Counted from the first letter of the stretch, positions 35,481-47,671 are shown. The stretch: DNA of 64,000 nucleotides from an uncultured Actinomycetes bacterium (GCA_963794065.1 CAWCDA010000042.1:143861-207860), one strand, 5' to 3'. Numbers and translations: made by a program. The notes: generated by a model not told the origin, from the sequence alone.

Positions 35481-36377
35481 GCGTCACCCCACGGGAGGTG
35501 CGCCCGATGAGCCCGGGCCCGCTCCATCCGGCGGAACACCACCACCGCCACCACGATGACGATCGTCGAGGTGACGAGCATCAGCGTGCCGATCGCATTG
35601 GCGGCCGGCGTCGGCGCCGTCCGGGCGGCGCTGTAGATCGCCATCGACACCGTCTGCGTCGTGGCGTCCAGGGACAGCTGGTTCGCGATCACGAAGTCGT
35701 CCAGTGCGAGCGCGAACACGATCGCGGCGCTGGCGAAGATCGACGGCCCCAGCAACGGGAGCGTGACGCGCCGAAGCGTCTGACCGGGCGACGCGCCGAG
35801 GTCCTGGGCCGCCTCCTCGTAGGAGGGCCCGAGCGATGAGCAGACGCGCGCGGACGATCACGACGGGATAGGCCACGGACAGGACGATCAACCCGGTCGC
35901 CTGCGCGGTGGTGCCGTACCCGATCGCCCGGAACGCCTGGTTGAACAGCAGGAAGAGCGCGACGGCCAGGATCAGCTCGGGCGTCACGAACGAGAACATC
36001 ATCATGAAGTTGGACGACCGCGACGAGACGCCCCGCCAGCGATGCAGGCCGATCGCGAACAGCACGCCCAGCGGCACCGCGATCACCGCGGTGAGCAGCG
36101 ACAGCTTCAGCGTCTGGATCACGGCATGTTGCAGTGCCGGGTCGTGCAGCACCGACGCGTCCGGATCGGTGATGTACCAGCGGAGCGAGAACCCCTGCCA
36201 CTGCGTGATCGATCGGCCACCGTTGAACGAGAAGATCACGGCCTGCACCACCGGCACGAAGACCACACGACGTAGGCGATCGCCAACACCCACAGGAACC
36301 GCGTCTTGCCCCAGGGGTTCGCCAGCCAGTCGCGGAACCCGATGCTGCGGCCGCGGCGGAGCGACGAGCACGCTCAT
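35432..36377 (-). pseudogene. ABC transporter permease, PotC-like (polyamine/opine type), three or more frameshifts
   Basis: Fragments lie in different frames. They are MSVLVA.., RRGRSIGFRDWLANPWGKTRFLWVLAIAYVVWS, VPVVQAVIFSFNGGRSITQWQGFSLRWY...AYPVVIVRARLL, and LGPSIFASAAIVFALALDDFVIANQL...VVVFRR. Confidence 0.65.
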
Positions 36378-37242
36378 GCAGCACCCACCTGTGTCGCCGC
36401 GCGCTGCGTGCTGCGCAGGTAGTACAGGATCGGGATGATCAGCAACACGAGCAGGACCAGGATCAGCGCGGCACCCTGCGGCACGAAGATCGGGGTGGTC
36501 AGCGCCTCGACGATCGCGTTGCCGATCATCCGCGTGCTGGCTCGTCTCCGCCAGCAGCTGCTGGGTGAAGTAGTCGCCGAACATCGGCAGCGCGCAGATC
36601 ACGAACCCGGCGAGGATCCCCTGCCGCGACTGCGGGAGCGTGACGCGCCAGAACGTCTGCGCGGGGCTCGCGCCGAGGTCACGACCCGCCTCGAGCGATC
36701 GAGGGATGGATCCGATCGAGCGTGGCGAACAGCGGGAGCACCATGAACGGCACGTAGCCGTAGACGAGGCCGATGATCAACGTCGCGGGCTTGCCGGCGA
36801 GCCACGGGTAGGGGCTGCTGGATGATCCCGAGCCGTCTGCAGGACCGAGTTGATCAGCCCGTCGTCTTCCAGCAGCGAGATCCACGCCAGCATCCGCAGC
36901 ATGTAGGAGATCCAGAACGGGGCGAAGAACAACGCGATGAACAGCCCCCGCCACCGCCCGGCGTGCCGCGCCAGGAAGTACGCGAACGGGTAGCCGACGA
37001 GCAGGCACAGGAACGTCGCGATCCCCGACGAACAGGAACGTCCGCACGAACGCCGCGTGGTACAGCCCGTCGACATGCGTCATGTTCGACAGCGTGAACG
37101 TGAGCACCGCCGGGTCCCACCGCAGCGGGTTCCACGCCGGCACGGGCTGCCGCAGGATGTGGTCGACGCCGCCGAAGGTCACCGCCAGCACGACGAAGAA
37201 CGGGAACACGAAGAACACGAGCAGGAAGACCGTCGCCGGCAT
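36374..37242 (-). pseudogene. ABC transporter permease, PotB-like, four or more frameshifts (start may lie upstream, up to about 37339)
   Basis: Fragments are MPATVFLLVFFVFPFFVVLAVTFGG, IATFLCLLVGYPFAYFLARHAGRWRGLFIALFFAPFWISYMLRMLAWISLLEDDGLIN, and PWLAGKPATLIIGLVYGYVPFMVLPLFATLDRI. A further fragment is VICALPMFGDYFTQQLL. Its stop overlaps the potC-like ATG (ATGA). Confidence 0.6.
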
Positions 37243-37442
37243 GGCGAACGACGGCCAGAACCACCGCGGGTACCAGGCCCGGTCGCCGGAGGTCGCTGTT
37301 CAGACACCCGCCGTCAGCTCGGCGTACGCGGCCTGCCACAGGGCGTCCGCGGTCGCCGGCAACTCGAGCTCCCTCGAGCCCTGGTCCATGTCGCTCTCCA
37401 CGATGTAGACGTTCGCAAGGTGCTCGGGCACGAGCCCGCTGC

Positions 37443-38624
37443 TCACGAGCGCATCCGGGTCATCGCCTTGATCGGCATCTGGTAGCCGGTCGGTGTCTCG
37501 AAGTTCGTCGATCGAGTTCTGCGGAGTCGAGGATATAGTTCGCCAGCAGGTGCGCGAGCACCGGCGCCTTGCCCGTGTTGAGCAGGACGAGCGTGTCGTT
37601 GTCGACGTTGCCCGGCGTGGCCGCTCTCGACCGGCCAGAGTAGGACAGGTTGTCGGCCTGCTCGCCCGATGGCAGGAACACGAAGGCGTCGCTGACGTTG
37701 CCCGACCACGACTGGTGCAGGTACGCCTGCCCGCGGGGACGTCGGTGTAGTCGACGTGGTCGAACGAGGCGTTCGTCGCGTTGACGATCTGCGGCGATCG
37801 CGTCCTTCGCTGAGCTGATCGTCGCCTGATCGGTGACGTTCACGTCGGTGAGGCCCTCGCGGAACATCGCCATCGACAGGACGTCCTGCGCGTTGGCGAG
37901 CAGGTGCGGTCTTGTCCATCGGCGCGCCGTCCCAGAAGATGTCGTAGGGGTTCGCCATGCCGGCGATGTCGGCGCTGATCTTGTCGTTGCGCCAGAAGAT
38001 CCCGGTGCTCCACACCGAATACGGCAGCGTGTAGTGCGAGTCGACGTCGTAGAACGGGCTCTGGAACGTGTCCCAACAGTTGGCCGGGAGGTTGGGGATG
38101 TAGTCCAGGTTGATCGGACGCAGCAGCCCCGCCGCGATCGAGCGACCGACGGCCCAGACGTTCATGCCGACCAGCAGGTCGAAGTCGCCCTGGCCCGTGT
38201 TGATCTTCGCGAGACCCTTGTCCATGTCGGCGAACTCGGTTTGCTCGACCGTGCAGCTGTACTTCTTCTCGAACGACTTGATCACCGAGGGAGCCAGGTA
38301 GTACGGCCAGCGGAGGATCTTCACGGTGGCGTTCTCCTCCGGCGGGAGGTCGCTCGCGATCAGCTCGGTGTCATCGACGTTCCAGGTGACGGGCGCGTCG
38401 GGACGCGCCAGGGGATAGGCCGCGCCGGAGATGCCGCCGGTGCCGAACTGGCTGCCGCTGCCACCGGAGGCCGCGGACGTCGCCACGCTGCTCTGCGCAC
38501 CGCTGCCGCACGCGGCGAGGATCGCCGACAGGCTGGGGACTGCGATGCCGGCGAGCGCTGCCCGCTGGAGAAACGCGCGACGACTGTAGAGCTGACGTTC
38601 TTTCGGGTGCAGCGGTCGGACCAT
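37443..38624 (-). pseudogene. ABC substrate-binding lipoprotein, PotD/PotF-like, about 6 frameshifts in the last 470 nt
   Basis: The Tat/lipoprotein signal is RRAFLQRAALAGIAVPSLSAILAAC. The gene is intact to ...DIFWDGAPMDKTA at about 37916. After that it alternates frames, through LLANAQDVLSMAMFREGLTDVNVTDQATISSAKDAIAAD / IVNATNASFDHVDYTDV / RGQAYLHQSWSGNVSDAFVFLPSGEQADNLSY. It continues through WPVESGHAG / NVDNDTLVLLNTGKAPVLAHLLANYILDSAEL / STNFETPTGYQMPIKAMTRMRS. Confidence 0.7.
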
Positions 38625-38734
38625 GCTGAGCTCCTCCTCCGGGGTGCGCGGATGCGTTGGTGCGCTTCGTACACCGGAATACGGTGCCGACGCAAACTCC
38701 GGCTTGGGTTGCGGGTCATCTCTACACTGCAGGC

Positions 38735-40567
38735 ATGCCCAGCAGAGACGACATCCGCAACGTGGCCATCGTGGCCCACGTCGATCATGGCAAGACCACC
38801 CTGGTGGACGCCATGTTGTGGCAGTCCGGCGCGTTCCGGGCCAATCAGGACGTGGCCGAGCGGGTGATGGACTCCATGGATCTCGAGCGGGAGAAGGGCA
38901 TCACGATCCTGGCCAAGAACACGGCCGTGCGATTCGGCGACATCAAGATCAACATCGTCGACACCCCCGGGCACGCCGACTTCGGGGGAGAGGTGGAGCG
39001 GGCGCTCACGATGGTCGACGGGGTCCTGCTGCTGGTCGACGCGTCCGAGGGTCCGTTGCCGCAGACGAGGTTCGTGTTGCGGAAGGCGCTCGAATCGAGG
39101 TTGCCCGTCGTCCTGGTGGTCAACAAGGTTGACCGTCCTGACGCCCGAGTGGAGGAGGTCGTCCACGAGGTCGAGGAGCTGTTCTTGGACCTCGACGCCG
39201 ACGAGCACCAGATCGATTTCCCGATCCTGTACGCGAACGCCCGGGACGGTCACTGCGGGCGAGCGCCCGACGCGTTGGAGGACTCGCTCCGGCCGCTGTT
39301 CGACACGTTGCTCGCGCACGTGCCCGCGCCGACGTACGAGCAGGATGCGCCGCTCCAGGCGCTGGTGACCAACCTGGACGCCTCCCCGTACCTCGGTCGG
39401 CTTGCGCTGTGCCGGGTCCGCAACGGGACGATCCGTCGCGGGCAACAGGTGGCGTGGTGCCGCGCGGACGGCACGATCGAGCGGGCCAAGATCATCGAGC
39501 TGTACGTGACCGATGCCCTCGATCGGGTCGAGGCCGAGGAGGCTGGCCCCGGGGAGATCTGCGCGATCGCCGGGATCGCGGACGTGACGATCGGCGAGAC
39601 GCTCGCCGACCCCGACGACCCACACCCGCTCCCGGTCGTCCGCGTCGACGAGCCCTCGTTGTCGATGACGATGGGGATCAACACGTCGCCGCTGTCCGGT
39701 CATGACGGCACGAAGGTCACCGCTCGGCTCGTCAAGGCCCGGTTGGACCAAGAGGTCATCGGGAACGTCTCGATCCGCGTGCTCGACACCGAGCGGCCCG
39801 AAACGTGGGAAGTCCAGGGCCGCGGCGAGCTCCAACTGGCGATCCTGGTCGAGGTGATGCGCCGCGAGGGGTTCGAGCTGACGGTCGGCAAGCCGCAGGT
39901 CGTGACGAAGACGGTCGACGGGAAGCTGCTCGAGCCGATGGAGCGCGTGGCGATCGACGCGCCCGAGGACTACCTCGGCGTGATCAGCCAGCTCCTCGCC
40001 TTGCGGAAGGGCCGCATGGAGCAGGTCGTGAACCACGGCACCGGATGGATCCGCATGGAGTACATCGTGCCCTCGCGCGGGCTGATCGGGTTCCGCACGG
40101 AGTTCATGACCGAGACGCGCGGCACCGGCCAGCTGCACCACGTGTTCGACGGCTACGAGCCCTGGCACGGCGAGCTGCGGACGCGTCCCTCGGGTTCGCT
40201 GGTCGCGGATCGACGCGGGCCGACCACCAACTTCGCGCTGCTCAACCTCCAGGAACGCGGCGTCATGTTCGTCGGGCCCGGGGAAGAGGTCTACGAGGGG
40301 ATGATCGTCGGCGAGAACGCCCGCGCCGACGACATGGACGTGAACCCCACGAAGGAGAAGCAGCTGACCAACATGCGAAAGGCCAACGCCGAGGAGCTCG
40401 TGCGGCTGATCCCGAGGACCCTGCTGTCCCTGGAGCAGGCGCTGGAGTTCATCCGCGAGGACGAGTGCGTCGAGGTCACGCCGAAGAACGTGCGACTGCG
40501 CAAGGTGTTGCTCGGTGCGAACGACCGCGTTCGCGCGTCGCGCCGCGGGCGGCCCGCGAAGGACTAG
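38735..40567 (+). CDS. typA: translational GTPase TypA/BipA
   Basis: Met27 of ORF 38657..40567 starts [28 protein letters not shown] (G1). It has [14 protein letters not shown] (G3) and NKVD (G4). 610 aa, intact. Confidence 0.95.
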   Translation: MPSRDDIRNVAIVAHVDHGKTTLVDAMLWQSGAFRANQDVAERVMDSMDLEREKGITILAKNTAVRFGDIKINIVDTPGHADFGGEVERALTMVDGVLLLVDASEGPLPQTRFVLRKALESRLPVVLVVNKVDRPDARVEEVVHEVEELFLDLDADEHQIDFPILYANARDGHCGRAPDALEDSLRPLFDTLLAHVPAPTYEQDAPLQALVTNLDASPYLGRLALCRVRNGTIRRGQQVAWCRADGTIERAKIIELYVTDALDRVEAEEAGPGEICAIAGIADVTIGETLADPDDPHPLPVVRVDEPSLSMTMGINTSPLSGHDGTKVTARLVKARLDQEVIGNVSIRVLDTERPETWEVQGRGELQLAILVEVMRREGFELTVGKPQVVTKTVDGKLLEPMERVAIDAPEDYLGVISQLLALRKGRMEQVVNHGTGWIRMEYIVPSRGLIGFRTEFMTETRGTGQLHHVFDGYEPWHGELRTRPSGSLVADRRGPTTNFALLNLQERGVMFVGPGEEVYEGMIVGENARADDMDVNPTKEKQLTNMRKANAEELVRLIPRTLLSLEQALEFIREDECVEVTPKNVRLRKVLLGANDRVRASRRGRPAKD

Positions 40568-41369
40568 GGTCGGCTTGTCGCTGCGTCACGCACCGGGAGG
40601 TCCGTGTGGTCGGGCATCCATCGGTCGAAGTCGGTCGCGCCGTCGAGCCCCACAAGCTGCCGCTGCGATGGCGTCAAGCGTTCGAAGACGGTCGCATCCA
40701 GGTGGAGATCGTCACGCGGCCTGATCCATCGGTATGTATACGCGAAGAACAACGCCTTGCGGACCCGCTCGGATCGGTTCGGACCGCGCATGTGCCAGAG
40801 CCGGCGGTCGAACACGACCGCATCGCCGGGCGCGGCGAGGATCGGGATGGCGGCCGGCGGGTTGTCGTCGCTCTGCCGCTCGATGGCGTTGTCCAGGTGT
40901 GACCCCGGCACCACCAAGAAGTTCCCGCGGTCGGGACTCCGCAGATCCGTGAGGAAGAACGCGACCTTCAAGGAGAGCCGAGGGCGGGGATCCGTCTCGA
41001 GATCCCGATTCTGGATCCCGCCGTCTTGATGCCACCGCCACCTGCGCGGCGGCTCGTCCTCGGGCGGATGGACGTCGAGGTGGCAGTGGTACATGAAGAT
41101 GTTCGGCCCCAGGACGTCCACGATCGTCGCGAGCGTGCGGGGGTGATCCAGCAGATCGAGGAACCGCGGATCCTCGTTGAGGAACGCCAGGAGGTGCAGC
41201 GGCACCGCGCCCGGGCGGGGAGGCTCGTCGCGATGCCGACGCCACACCTCGTCCACGGTCAAGCAGAGGTCGGCCACCTCCTCGGGGGAAGGACGCCGCG
41301 CAGCAACGCGTATCCGTCGGTCTCGAGTTGCGTGACGGTGTCGATCGACGGCTCGGTGAGGGTGTGCAC
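40564..41369 (-). CDS. phytanoyl-CoA dioxygenase (PhyH) family Fe(II)/2-oxoglutarate oxygenase with an apparent frameshift in a G5/C5 run at 41284-41288
   Basis: The N-terminus from GTG 41369 (AGGAGG upstream) is [28 protein letters not shown]. It then runs into ORF 40564..41277 as [14 protein letters not shown]...WHQDGG...VPGSHL...RLWH. Confidence 0.7.
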
Positions 41370-41434
41370 GGCTGACCTCCTGCTCGGCCTACCCCTCAAA
41401 GACCGGTGCGGGTCCGGGAAAGTTCCCGCGCGAG

Positions 41435-43454
41435 CTACGTGGAGGGCGCGGGCACGACGTCGGCCGTGCCGAGCGCGTCTCCCTCCGGTGCTTCGACCGT
41501 CGAGCGGCCGATCTTCCGGGCGCCGAATACCCACGCCAGCATGTAGAGGATCGCGGCGATCACGAGCAACCCGCGGTAGCCGGTGATCAGCGAGAGGTAC
41601 TCCAGCACTCCGCCGAGCATCGCGCCGAGGAGGTTCGCGCCGAACGCCGTGGTCGGGTCGGCGGTGTCGCGGAAGCGTTCGGCGAAAACGAGGTTCGCGA
41701 TGAAGACCGGGAAGAAGGCGAGCGCGGAGGCGGCCAGGAAGCGCGGGGCCGTCGCGAGCGACAGCAGCCACGAGCCCGGCACGAGACCGGCCACCAGCAG
41801 TCCGCCGAACAACAACGAGAACAACAGCCCCGGCCGTTTGATCCGCGTTCGACGCTCGACCTCGATCGCGGCCAGGATCACGAGCAGGATACCGGCGAAC
41901 ACGAGCGCGTTGACGAACCACGTCGTGCCGAACAGCAGCGCGAACTGCACCACGGACTTGGTCTCGAGCAGCAGGAAGCCCGCGCCCATGAAGAAGAGGT
42001 CGAGGTAGCCGCGCATCGCGCCGAACTTGCCCCCCGCGAGGCGCACGCCGACCGCGGACACGATCAGGATCAAGCCGAGCGTCCAGAGATAGCGCGAGGG
42101 GATCGAGGGGGTCTTGAGGTAGACGAACGGCCGATCGTCGGTCGCGGGAGGAACGACCTCACCGGTCGCCGCCCAGGTGGCATCGCACACGGTGTCCGCC
42201 TCGTCGAGCCCGACGCGTGAGCATCGAGAACGTGCCGACCTGGGATCCCCCTGTCCCGCCCTTGTCCAGACACGGGGCGTGCCCGTAGACCTCGTTCAGA
42301 CCGCCGGCCAGTCGGTCGAGGAGCCACGGCTCGCGATAGAAGTTGTACATCGAGAACGCGCCGCCGGGGTTCAGGTGATCGCGCGCCGCCTCCATCGCCT
42401 CTTTGGTGAAGAGGAAGCTCTCGAGGCGCACCGCCGACTGTCCGCTGACCAGCGTGAGCGAATCGGGGAGCGCGAAGATGATGAGGTCGTACTTCGTGTC
42501 GGTCTGCTGCAGGAACGCGCGACCATCGTTCGTGATCCGTGTGACCCGCGGATCGTCGTAGGGGTGATCGGGATGGTACGTGGCACCCAGATCCTGGAGC
42601 TCGGGGTCGATCTCGACCGCATCGATGTGTTCCGCGCCCGCAGCAAGCGCGCCGGCGACGTCGTTGCCGTTTCCGGCGCCCACGATTAACACGTTCTTGG
42701 CCGGCGTCGCCAGTCGCTGGTACGGAACCTGGTAGATCGTACCGGTCGTTGCGATGTCGACCATCGCCTGGTGCGGGATCCCGTTCACGCTGATCTGTCG
42801 ATCCTCGGCGAAGTACTGCACGCGGTAGTACTGCGACCAGATCGTCAGCCCGGCGCCGGCGCCGACGACCGCGATCAAGACGATCGCGACCGCCGCCACG
42901 AAGTCGAGCGCTCGCGGCCGCCACGTCAGCACGATGATGGTGATGGCGATTATGATCATCCAGCCGACCGGCGGCACGCGGAAATACGCGAGCGCGGAGT
43001 ACGCGATGATCCCGGAAAGGGATCCGATGATGTCGAGGCGATACGCCTCGAGCGCCGTGAACTTCTGGAACCGCTGAGCGACGCCGTGGGCGATCATCAT
43101 CATGATGGCGGCCACCGCGAGGAACACGAATGGCAGCATCACCCACGTCGGCAAGCCTTTCGTTTCGAGGGATCCGAAATAGATCAGGTCGCCGCCAGTA
43201 CGGTCGATCTGCACCGGGAACGCCTTCACGATGCCCAGGAACAGCGCCAGCGCGAACGGAGCCCACCGGAACAGATCCGGTCCCCGGTGCGCGCGGAGGA
43301 AGCCCAGCCCGATCCCTAGGAAACTCCCGAGCAGCACGAAGTTCGAGAAATAGGACAGGTAGACGATGTACGCCCCCGCCCAACGGATCAACACGAGCTC
43401 CATGAAGAGCATCAGGAAGCTGGCGAGCAGCAACTGCACCCGGTCGTTGCGCAT
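41435..43454 (-). CDS. membrane-embedded spermidine-synthase-like (polyamine aminopropyltransferase fold) protein with an apparent frameshift near 42190-42230
   Basis: Met44 of ORF 42159..43583 (MRNDRVQLLLASFLMLFMELVLIRWAG) starts about 7 TM segments. The methyltransferase-fold core is VLIVGAGNGNDVAGAL...AVEIDPEL...DLIIFALPDS. The C-terminal TM domain is in ORF 41435..42190. Confidence 0.7.
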
Positions 43455-43473
43455 CAGCGGAGTGTAGGGGAGG

Positions 43474-44374
43474 TCATGAGGCTGTGGCTGGACCTTGGCC
43501 GGCCTCTTTGACGGCCCGCAGCACCGTATCGCCGATCTCGGCCGGGTTGCGGACGACCCGGTGGCCCAGTCCTTCGATCGCATCGAGCTTCGCGGCGGCG
43601 GTGTCGGCGTCGCCCGCGATCACCGCGCCGGCGTGGCCCATCCGGCGTCCGCGGGGCGCGGACATGCCCGCGATGAAGCAGACGAGCGGTTTCGCCATGT
43701 ACTGCGACGCCCACGTGGCCGCCTCGACCTCCTGCTGCCCGCCGATCTCGCCGATCATCACGACCACGTCGGTCTCGTCGTCGTTCTCGAACGCCTGCAG
43801 CACGGTCTTGAAGTCGGTGCCGTTGACAGGGTCGCCCCCGATCCCGACGCAGCTCGATTGTCCGAGTCCGAGCGCGGTCATCTGGCTGACCGCCTCGTAG
43901 TTGAGGGTGCCGGACCTCGACACGACTCCGACGCGGCCCGGCAGGTAGATGTGGCTCGGCATGATCCCGACCTTGCATTCGCCCGGTGTGATGATGCCCG
44001 GCGAGTTCGGGCCGATGATCGTCGTCGAGCGGCCGGCCAGGTAGCGCTTCGTGCGGACCATGTCCTGGACGGGCACGCCGTCCGCGATGATCACGGCGAT
44101 CTGGATGCCGGCCTCGACCGCCTCCAAGCAGCGAGTCGGTCGCGATCGCGGGCGGCACGAAGATCCCGCTCACCGTCGCGCCTGTCTCCTCGACGGCCTC
44201 GGCGACCGAGTTGAATACCGGCAGCCCGAGATGCGTCCTGCCGCCCTTCCCGGGCGTGACGCCGCCCACGACCTTCGTGCCGAACCGGATCGACTCCTCG
44301 GCATGGAACGTCGCGTGCTGGCCGGTGAAGCCCTGGATGATCACCTTCGAGTCTTTGTCGACGAACACGCTCAT
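43474..44374 (-). CDS. sucD: succinate/malate--CoA ligase alpha subunit (SucD/MtkB family) with an apparent frameshift near 44130-44150
   Basis: [45 protein letters not shown]...GIFVPP. It then continues in ORF 43474..44127: [14 protein letters not shown]...[10 protein letters not shown]...MGHAGAVI (phospho-His loop). The ATG overlaps the sucC stop (ATGA). Confidence 0.85.
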
Positions 44375-45540
44375 GCGGCCGCCTCCGAGACGGCAGCAAC
44401 GGCCTTCGCCGCCGCATCGTCGAGGTCGTCGGCCTGGATCACGGCCAAGCCGGATTCCGTCAGGATGCGACGGCCTTCCTCGACGTTCGTGCCGGCGAGG
44501 CGCGCGATGACCGGTACGTCGATCTGCTGATCGCGGGTCGCCTGCACGATGCCCTGCGCGATCCAGTCGCAGCGGTTGATGCCGGCGAAGATGTTGACCA
44601 GGATCGCCTCGACGTTCGGGTCGGTCAGCACGATCCGGAACGCGTTCGCGATCTTCTCCGGGCTCGCGCCGCCCCCCACATCGAGGAAGTTCGCGGGGCG
44701 CCCGCCGTGATGCACGATCGCATCCATCGTCCCCATCGCGAGCCCGGCGCCGTTGACGATGCATCCCACGTTGCCGTCGAGCGCGACGTAATTCAGCCCG
44801 TGCCCCGACGCGTCGACCTCCTTCGGGTCTTCTTCGTCGAAGTCGCGCAGTTCGGCCACCGGGGCCTGCCGGTACAGCGCGTTGTCGTCGAACTGCATCT
44901 TGCAGTCCAGGGCGATCAGATCCCCGTCCTCCGTGACGATGAACGGGTTGATCTCGAGCAGCAGGCAATCCTTGTCGCGGAACAGCCGGTAGATCCGCTT
45001 CAACAGCCTGGTGAACGACGACGCGCGGTTCGCAAGGCCGATCGATGTTGCGATCTTGCGGCACTGGAAGTCGAGCAACCCGACGCCGGGATCCACGTAC
45101 TCGGTGTGGATCAGCTCCGGGCGTTCGGCGGCGACCTCCTCGATCTCGACGCCTCCTTCCGCGGAGACGATCACGACGATCTTCTGCGAGGTGCGGTCGA
45201 CGATCATGCTGAGGTAGAACTCGCGATCGATCCGACTGGCGCGCTCCACCAACACGCGGTGGACCCGTTTGCCCTCGGGCCCCGTCTGCGCCGTGCTCAG
45301 GGTCGAACCGATCATCTGGTCGGCGACCTCAGCCACCTTCTCCACCGAGTTGGCGACCTTGACGCCCCCGCCCTTCCCCCGGCCCCCGGCGTGGATCTGC
45401 GCCTTGACCACCCATCGGACGCCGCCGAGTTCCTCCGCCACCCGAGCCGCCGCGCGGTCGCTGTAGACGACCTCACCGGCGGGCACAGGCACGCCGTAGC
45501 TCTTGAGCAGTTCCTTCGCTTGATACTCGTGGATGTTCAT
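44371..45540 (-). CDS. sucC: succinate/malate--CoA ligase beta subunit (SucC/MtkA family, ADP-forming)
   Basis: Intact 389-aa [28 protein letters not shown]...[16 protein letters not shown]...[11 protein letters not shown]...NIFAGI. Gene context suggests a malate thiokinase (see findings). Confidence 0.9.
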   Translation of the reverse strand: MNIHEYQAKELLKSYGVPVPAGEVVYSDRAAARVAEELGGVRWVVKAQIHAGGRGKGGGVKVANSVEKVAEVADQMIGSTLSTAQTGPEGKRVHRVLVERASRIDREFYLSMIVDRTSQKIVVIVSAEGGVEIEEVAAERPELIHTEYVDPGVGLLDFQCRKIATSIGLANRASSFTRLLKRIYRLFRDKDCLLLEINPFIVTEDGDLIALDCKMQFDDNALYRQAPVAELRDFDEEDPKEVDASGHGLNYVALDGNVGCIVNGAGLAMGTMDAIVHHGGRPANFLDVGGGASPEKIANAFRIVLTDPNVEAILVNIFAGINRCDWIAQGIVQATRDQQIDVPVIARLAGTNVEEGRRILTESGLAVIQADDLDDAAAKAVAAVSEAAA

Positions 45541-45561
45541 CCGTCCTCGCCTCCGCGCCCG

Positions 45562-46527
45562 TCAGCGGGCGCGCATCTGCTCGACCTTGGTGATCAGGTT
45601 CTGCGCCATGCGGATCGATGCGGCGTCGATCAGGCGGCCGTCGAGCGAGACTGCCCCCTTGCCCTGCTTGGCACCGTCCTCCATCGCCTGGAGGATGCGG
45701 TGTGCGCGTTCGACCTCGGCGGCGGCCGGCGTGAAAACCTCGTTCGCGAGCGCGATCTGAGATGGATGGATCGCCCACTTGCCCTCGCATCCGAGCGCGG
45801 CAGCGCGCCGCGCCGCGCTCCGATAGCCGTCCGCGTCGTTGAGGTCGCCGAACGGTCCGTCGATCGGCCGCAACCCCTCCGCGCGACAGGCGGCGACCAT
45901 TCGCGAGATGCCGAAGTGCCATTGGTCGCCCCAGTGCGTCTCGCGTGCACCGGTCGCGTCGACATCGGTCAGCACGGCGTAGTCGGGATTCGCGCCGCCG
46001 ATGTTCGTCGTTCGCGCCTGCACGCTGGCCGCGTAGTCGGCGACGCCGAAGACCATCGCCTCGAGCCGGTCGGGCCGTGCGCGCGCGATCGACTCGACAT
46101 TGGCCATGCCTTTGGCGGTTTCGATCAGGATGTGGATGCCGATCCGACCGGGCTCCCACCCGTTGCGCTGCTCGATCTGATCCAACAGGGTCGCGACGAA
46201 CGCCACGTCGGATGCCGACCCCACTTTCGGGACGAGCACGGTGTCGAGGACGTCGCCGTGTGCCTCGACGACGTCGACGATATCCCGATAGCACCAGTGG
46301 GTGTCGAGGCCGTTGACGCGCACGCTGATCGCCGTCGCTGCCCAGTCCTGCGTGCCGAACGCGGCGATCACGTTGGCGCGGGCCTGCTCCTTGTCATCGG
46401 GCGCGACCGCGTCCTCCAGGTCCAGGAAGACGAGGTCCGCGCCGAGGGTGGGCGCCTTCTCGATCGCGCGCACGTTGGTGCCGGGCACGGCGAGCTCGCT
46501 GCGGTGCAGCCGGGCCTTGTCGCTCAT
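45562..46527 (-). CDS. HpcH/HpaI-CitE-family CoA-ester lyase, malyl-CoA lyase-like
   Basis: 321-aa ORF: RSELAVPGTNVRAIEKAPTLGADLVFLDLEDAVAPDDK...LVPKVGSASDV...IETAKGMANVESIA...VFGVADYAAS. The length and motifs match my recollection of L-malyl-CoA/beta-methylmalyl-CoA lyases. Confidence 0.7.
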   Translation of the reverse strand: MSDKARLHRSELAVPGTNVRAIEKAPTLGADLVFLDLEDAVAPDDKEQARANVIAAFGTQDWAATAISVRVNGLDTHWCYRDIVDVVEAHGDVLDTVLVPKVGSASDVAFVATLLDQIEQRNGWEPGRIGIHILIETAKGMANVESIARARPDRLEAMVFGVADYAASVQARTTNIGGANPDYAVLTDVDATGARETHWGDQWHFGISRMVAACRAEGLRPIDGPFGDLNDADGYRSAARRAAALGCEGKWAIHPSQIALANEVFTPAAAEVERAHRILQAMEDGAKQGKGAVSLDGRLIDAASIRMAQNLITKVEQMRAR

Positions 46528-46533
46528 GGCGGC

Positions 46534-47671
46534 TCAGCGTGGCAGGACGGCGTCGAAGGCGCCAAGGACGCGATCGGCGGCCCCGCGGGTCGCGTTCACG
46601 CCCATCAGGCCGACACGCCAGATCGGCGGAGCCTTCGGACCGAGCCCGCCGCCGACCTCGAGGTTGAACTCGCGCAGGAAGCGTCCCTGCACCTCCTTGC
46701 CGTCGACGCCCTCGGGCACCTTGACGGCGGTGAGCTCGACCAGCTGGTGGTCGCCGTCGGCGAGCAATTCGAAGCCGCGGGCCGTGATCTGCTCCTGGAA
46801 GTAGCGACCGGCGTCGGTGTGACGAGCCCAGCGGTTCTCGAGGCCCTCCTCGAGCGCCAGGCGGATCCCGGTATACAGGGCGTAGTACTGCAGGATCGGC
46901 ATGGTGTGGTGGTAGGCGATCGGGCGGTCGATCCAGTACTTCGCCAGCTCCTCGAAGTCGTAGTAGTAGGGGACCGGGCTCGTGTGCGCCTTCATGACTT
47001 CGATCGCGCGATCGCTGATCGTGACCGGCGCGATGCCGGGCGGACACCCGAGGGCCTTCTGCGAGCAGGAGTAGCCGTAGTCGATGCCCCATGCGTCGGC
47101 CTCGACGCGTTGGCCGCCGAGCGACGTCACGCAGTCCGCGTAGAGCAGCGCGTCAGAACCGCTCGCCCGCATCGCCTCGGCGAACTCCTGCAGCGGGAAC
47201 TCCACACCCGGTCGACGTCTCGGCGTGCACGACCGAGACGACCTTCGTGGCGGGGTTGGCTTCGAGCGTCGCCATGATCCGGTCGACCGGGACGAGCTGA
47301 CCGAAATCCGCGGTGAGCTCGATGACCTCGGCGCCGACCCGGTGCGCGAAGTCGTTCAACCGCGAGCCGAAGAATCCCCAGTGACAGCTGATGACCGTGT
47401 CGCCGGGCTCGATCAGGTTCATGAGGCCCGCCTCCATCGCCGATGTGCCCGAGGACGACAGGCAGATCGACAGTCCGTGCGGGGAACGCCAGAGCGCCTG
47501 CAGGCCTGACACGAGGTCGACGAGGATGTCCCAGAAGTCGGGGTCGAGATGCCCGTTCATCGGCAGGCGCATCGATTCCAGGACGTCCGGGTGCACGTTC
47601 GAGGGGCCGGGACCACAGAGCAGTCGCTCGCCGGGGTCCAATGTGGGGATCGAGGTCGCCAGGTCGGCCAT
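46534..47671 (-). CDS. class V aminotransferase (serine--glyoxylate / alanine--glyoxylate aminotransferase type) with an apparent frameshift near 47205-47215
   Basis: Met23 of ORF 47153..47737 (GGAAGGAAG upstream) starts MADLATSIPTLDPGERLLCGPGPSNVHPDVL...SSSGTSAMEAGL...VVHAETSTG. It then runs into ORF 46534..47205: ...ALLYADCVTSLGG...YSCSQKALG (PLP-Lys). Confidence 0.8.
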
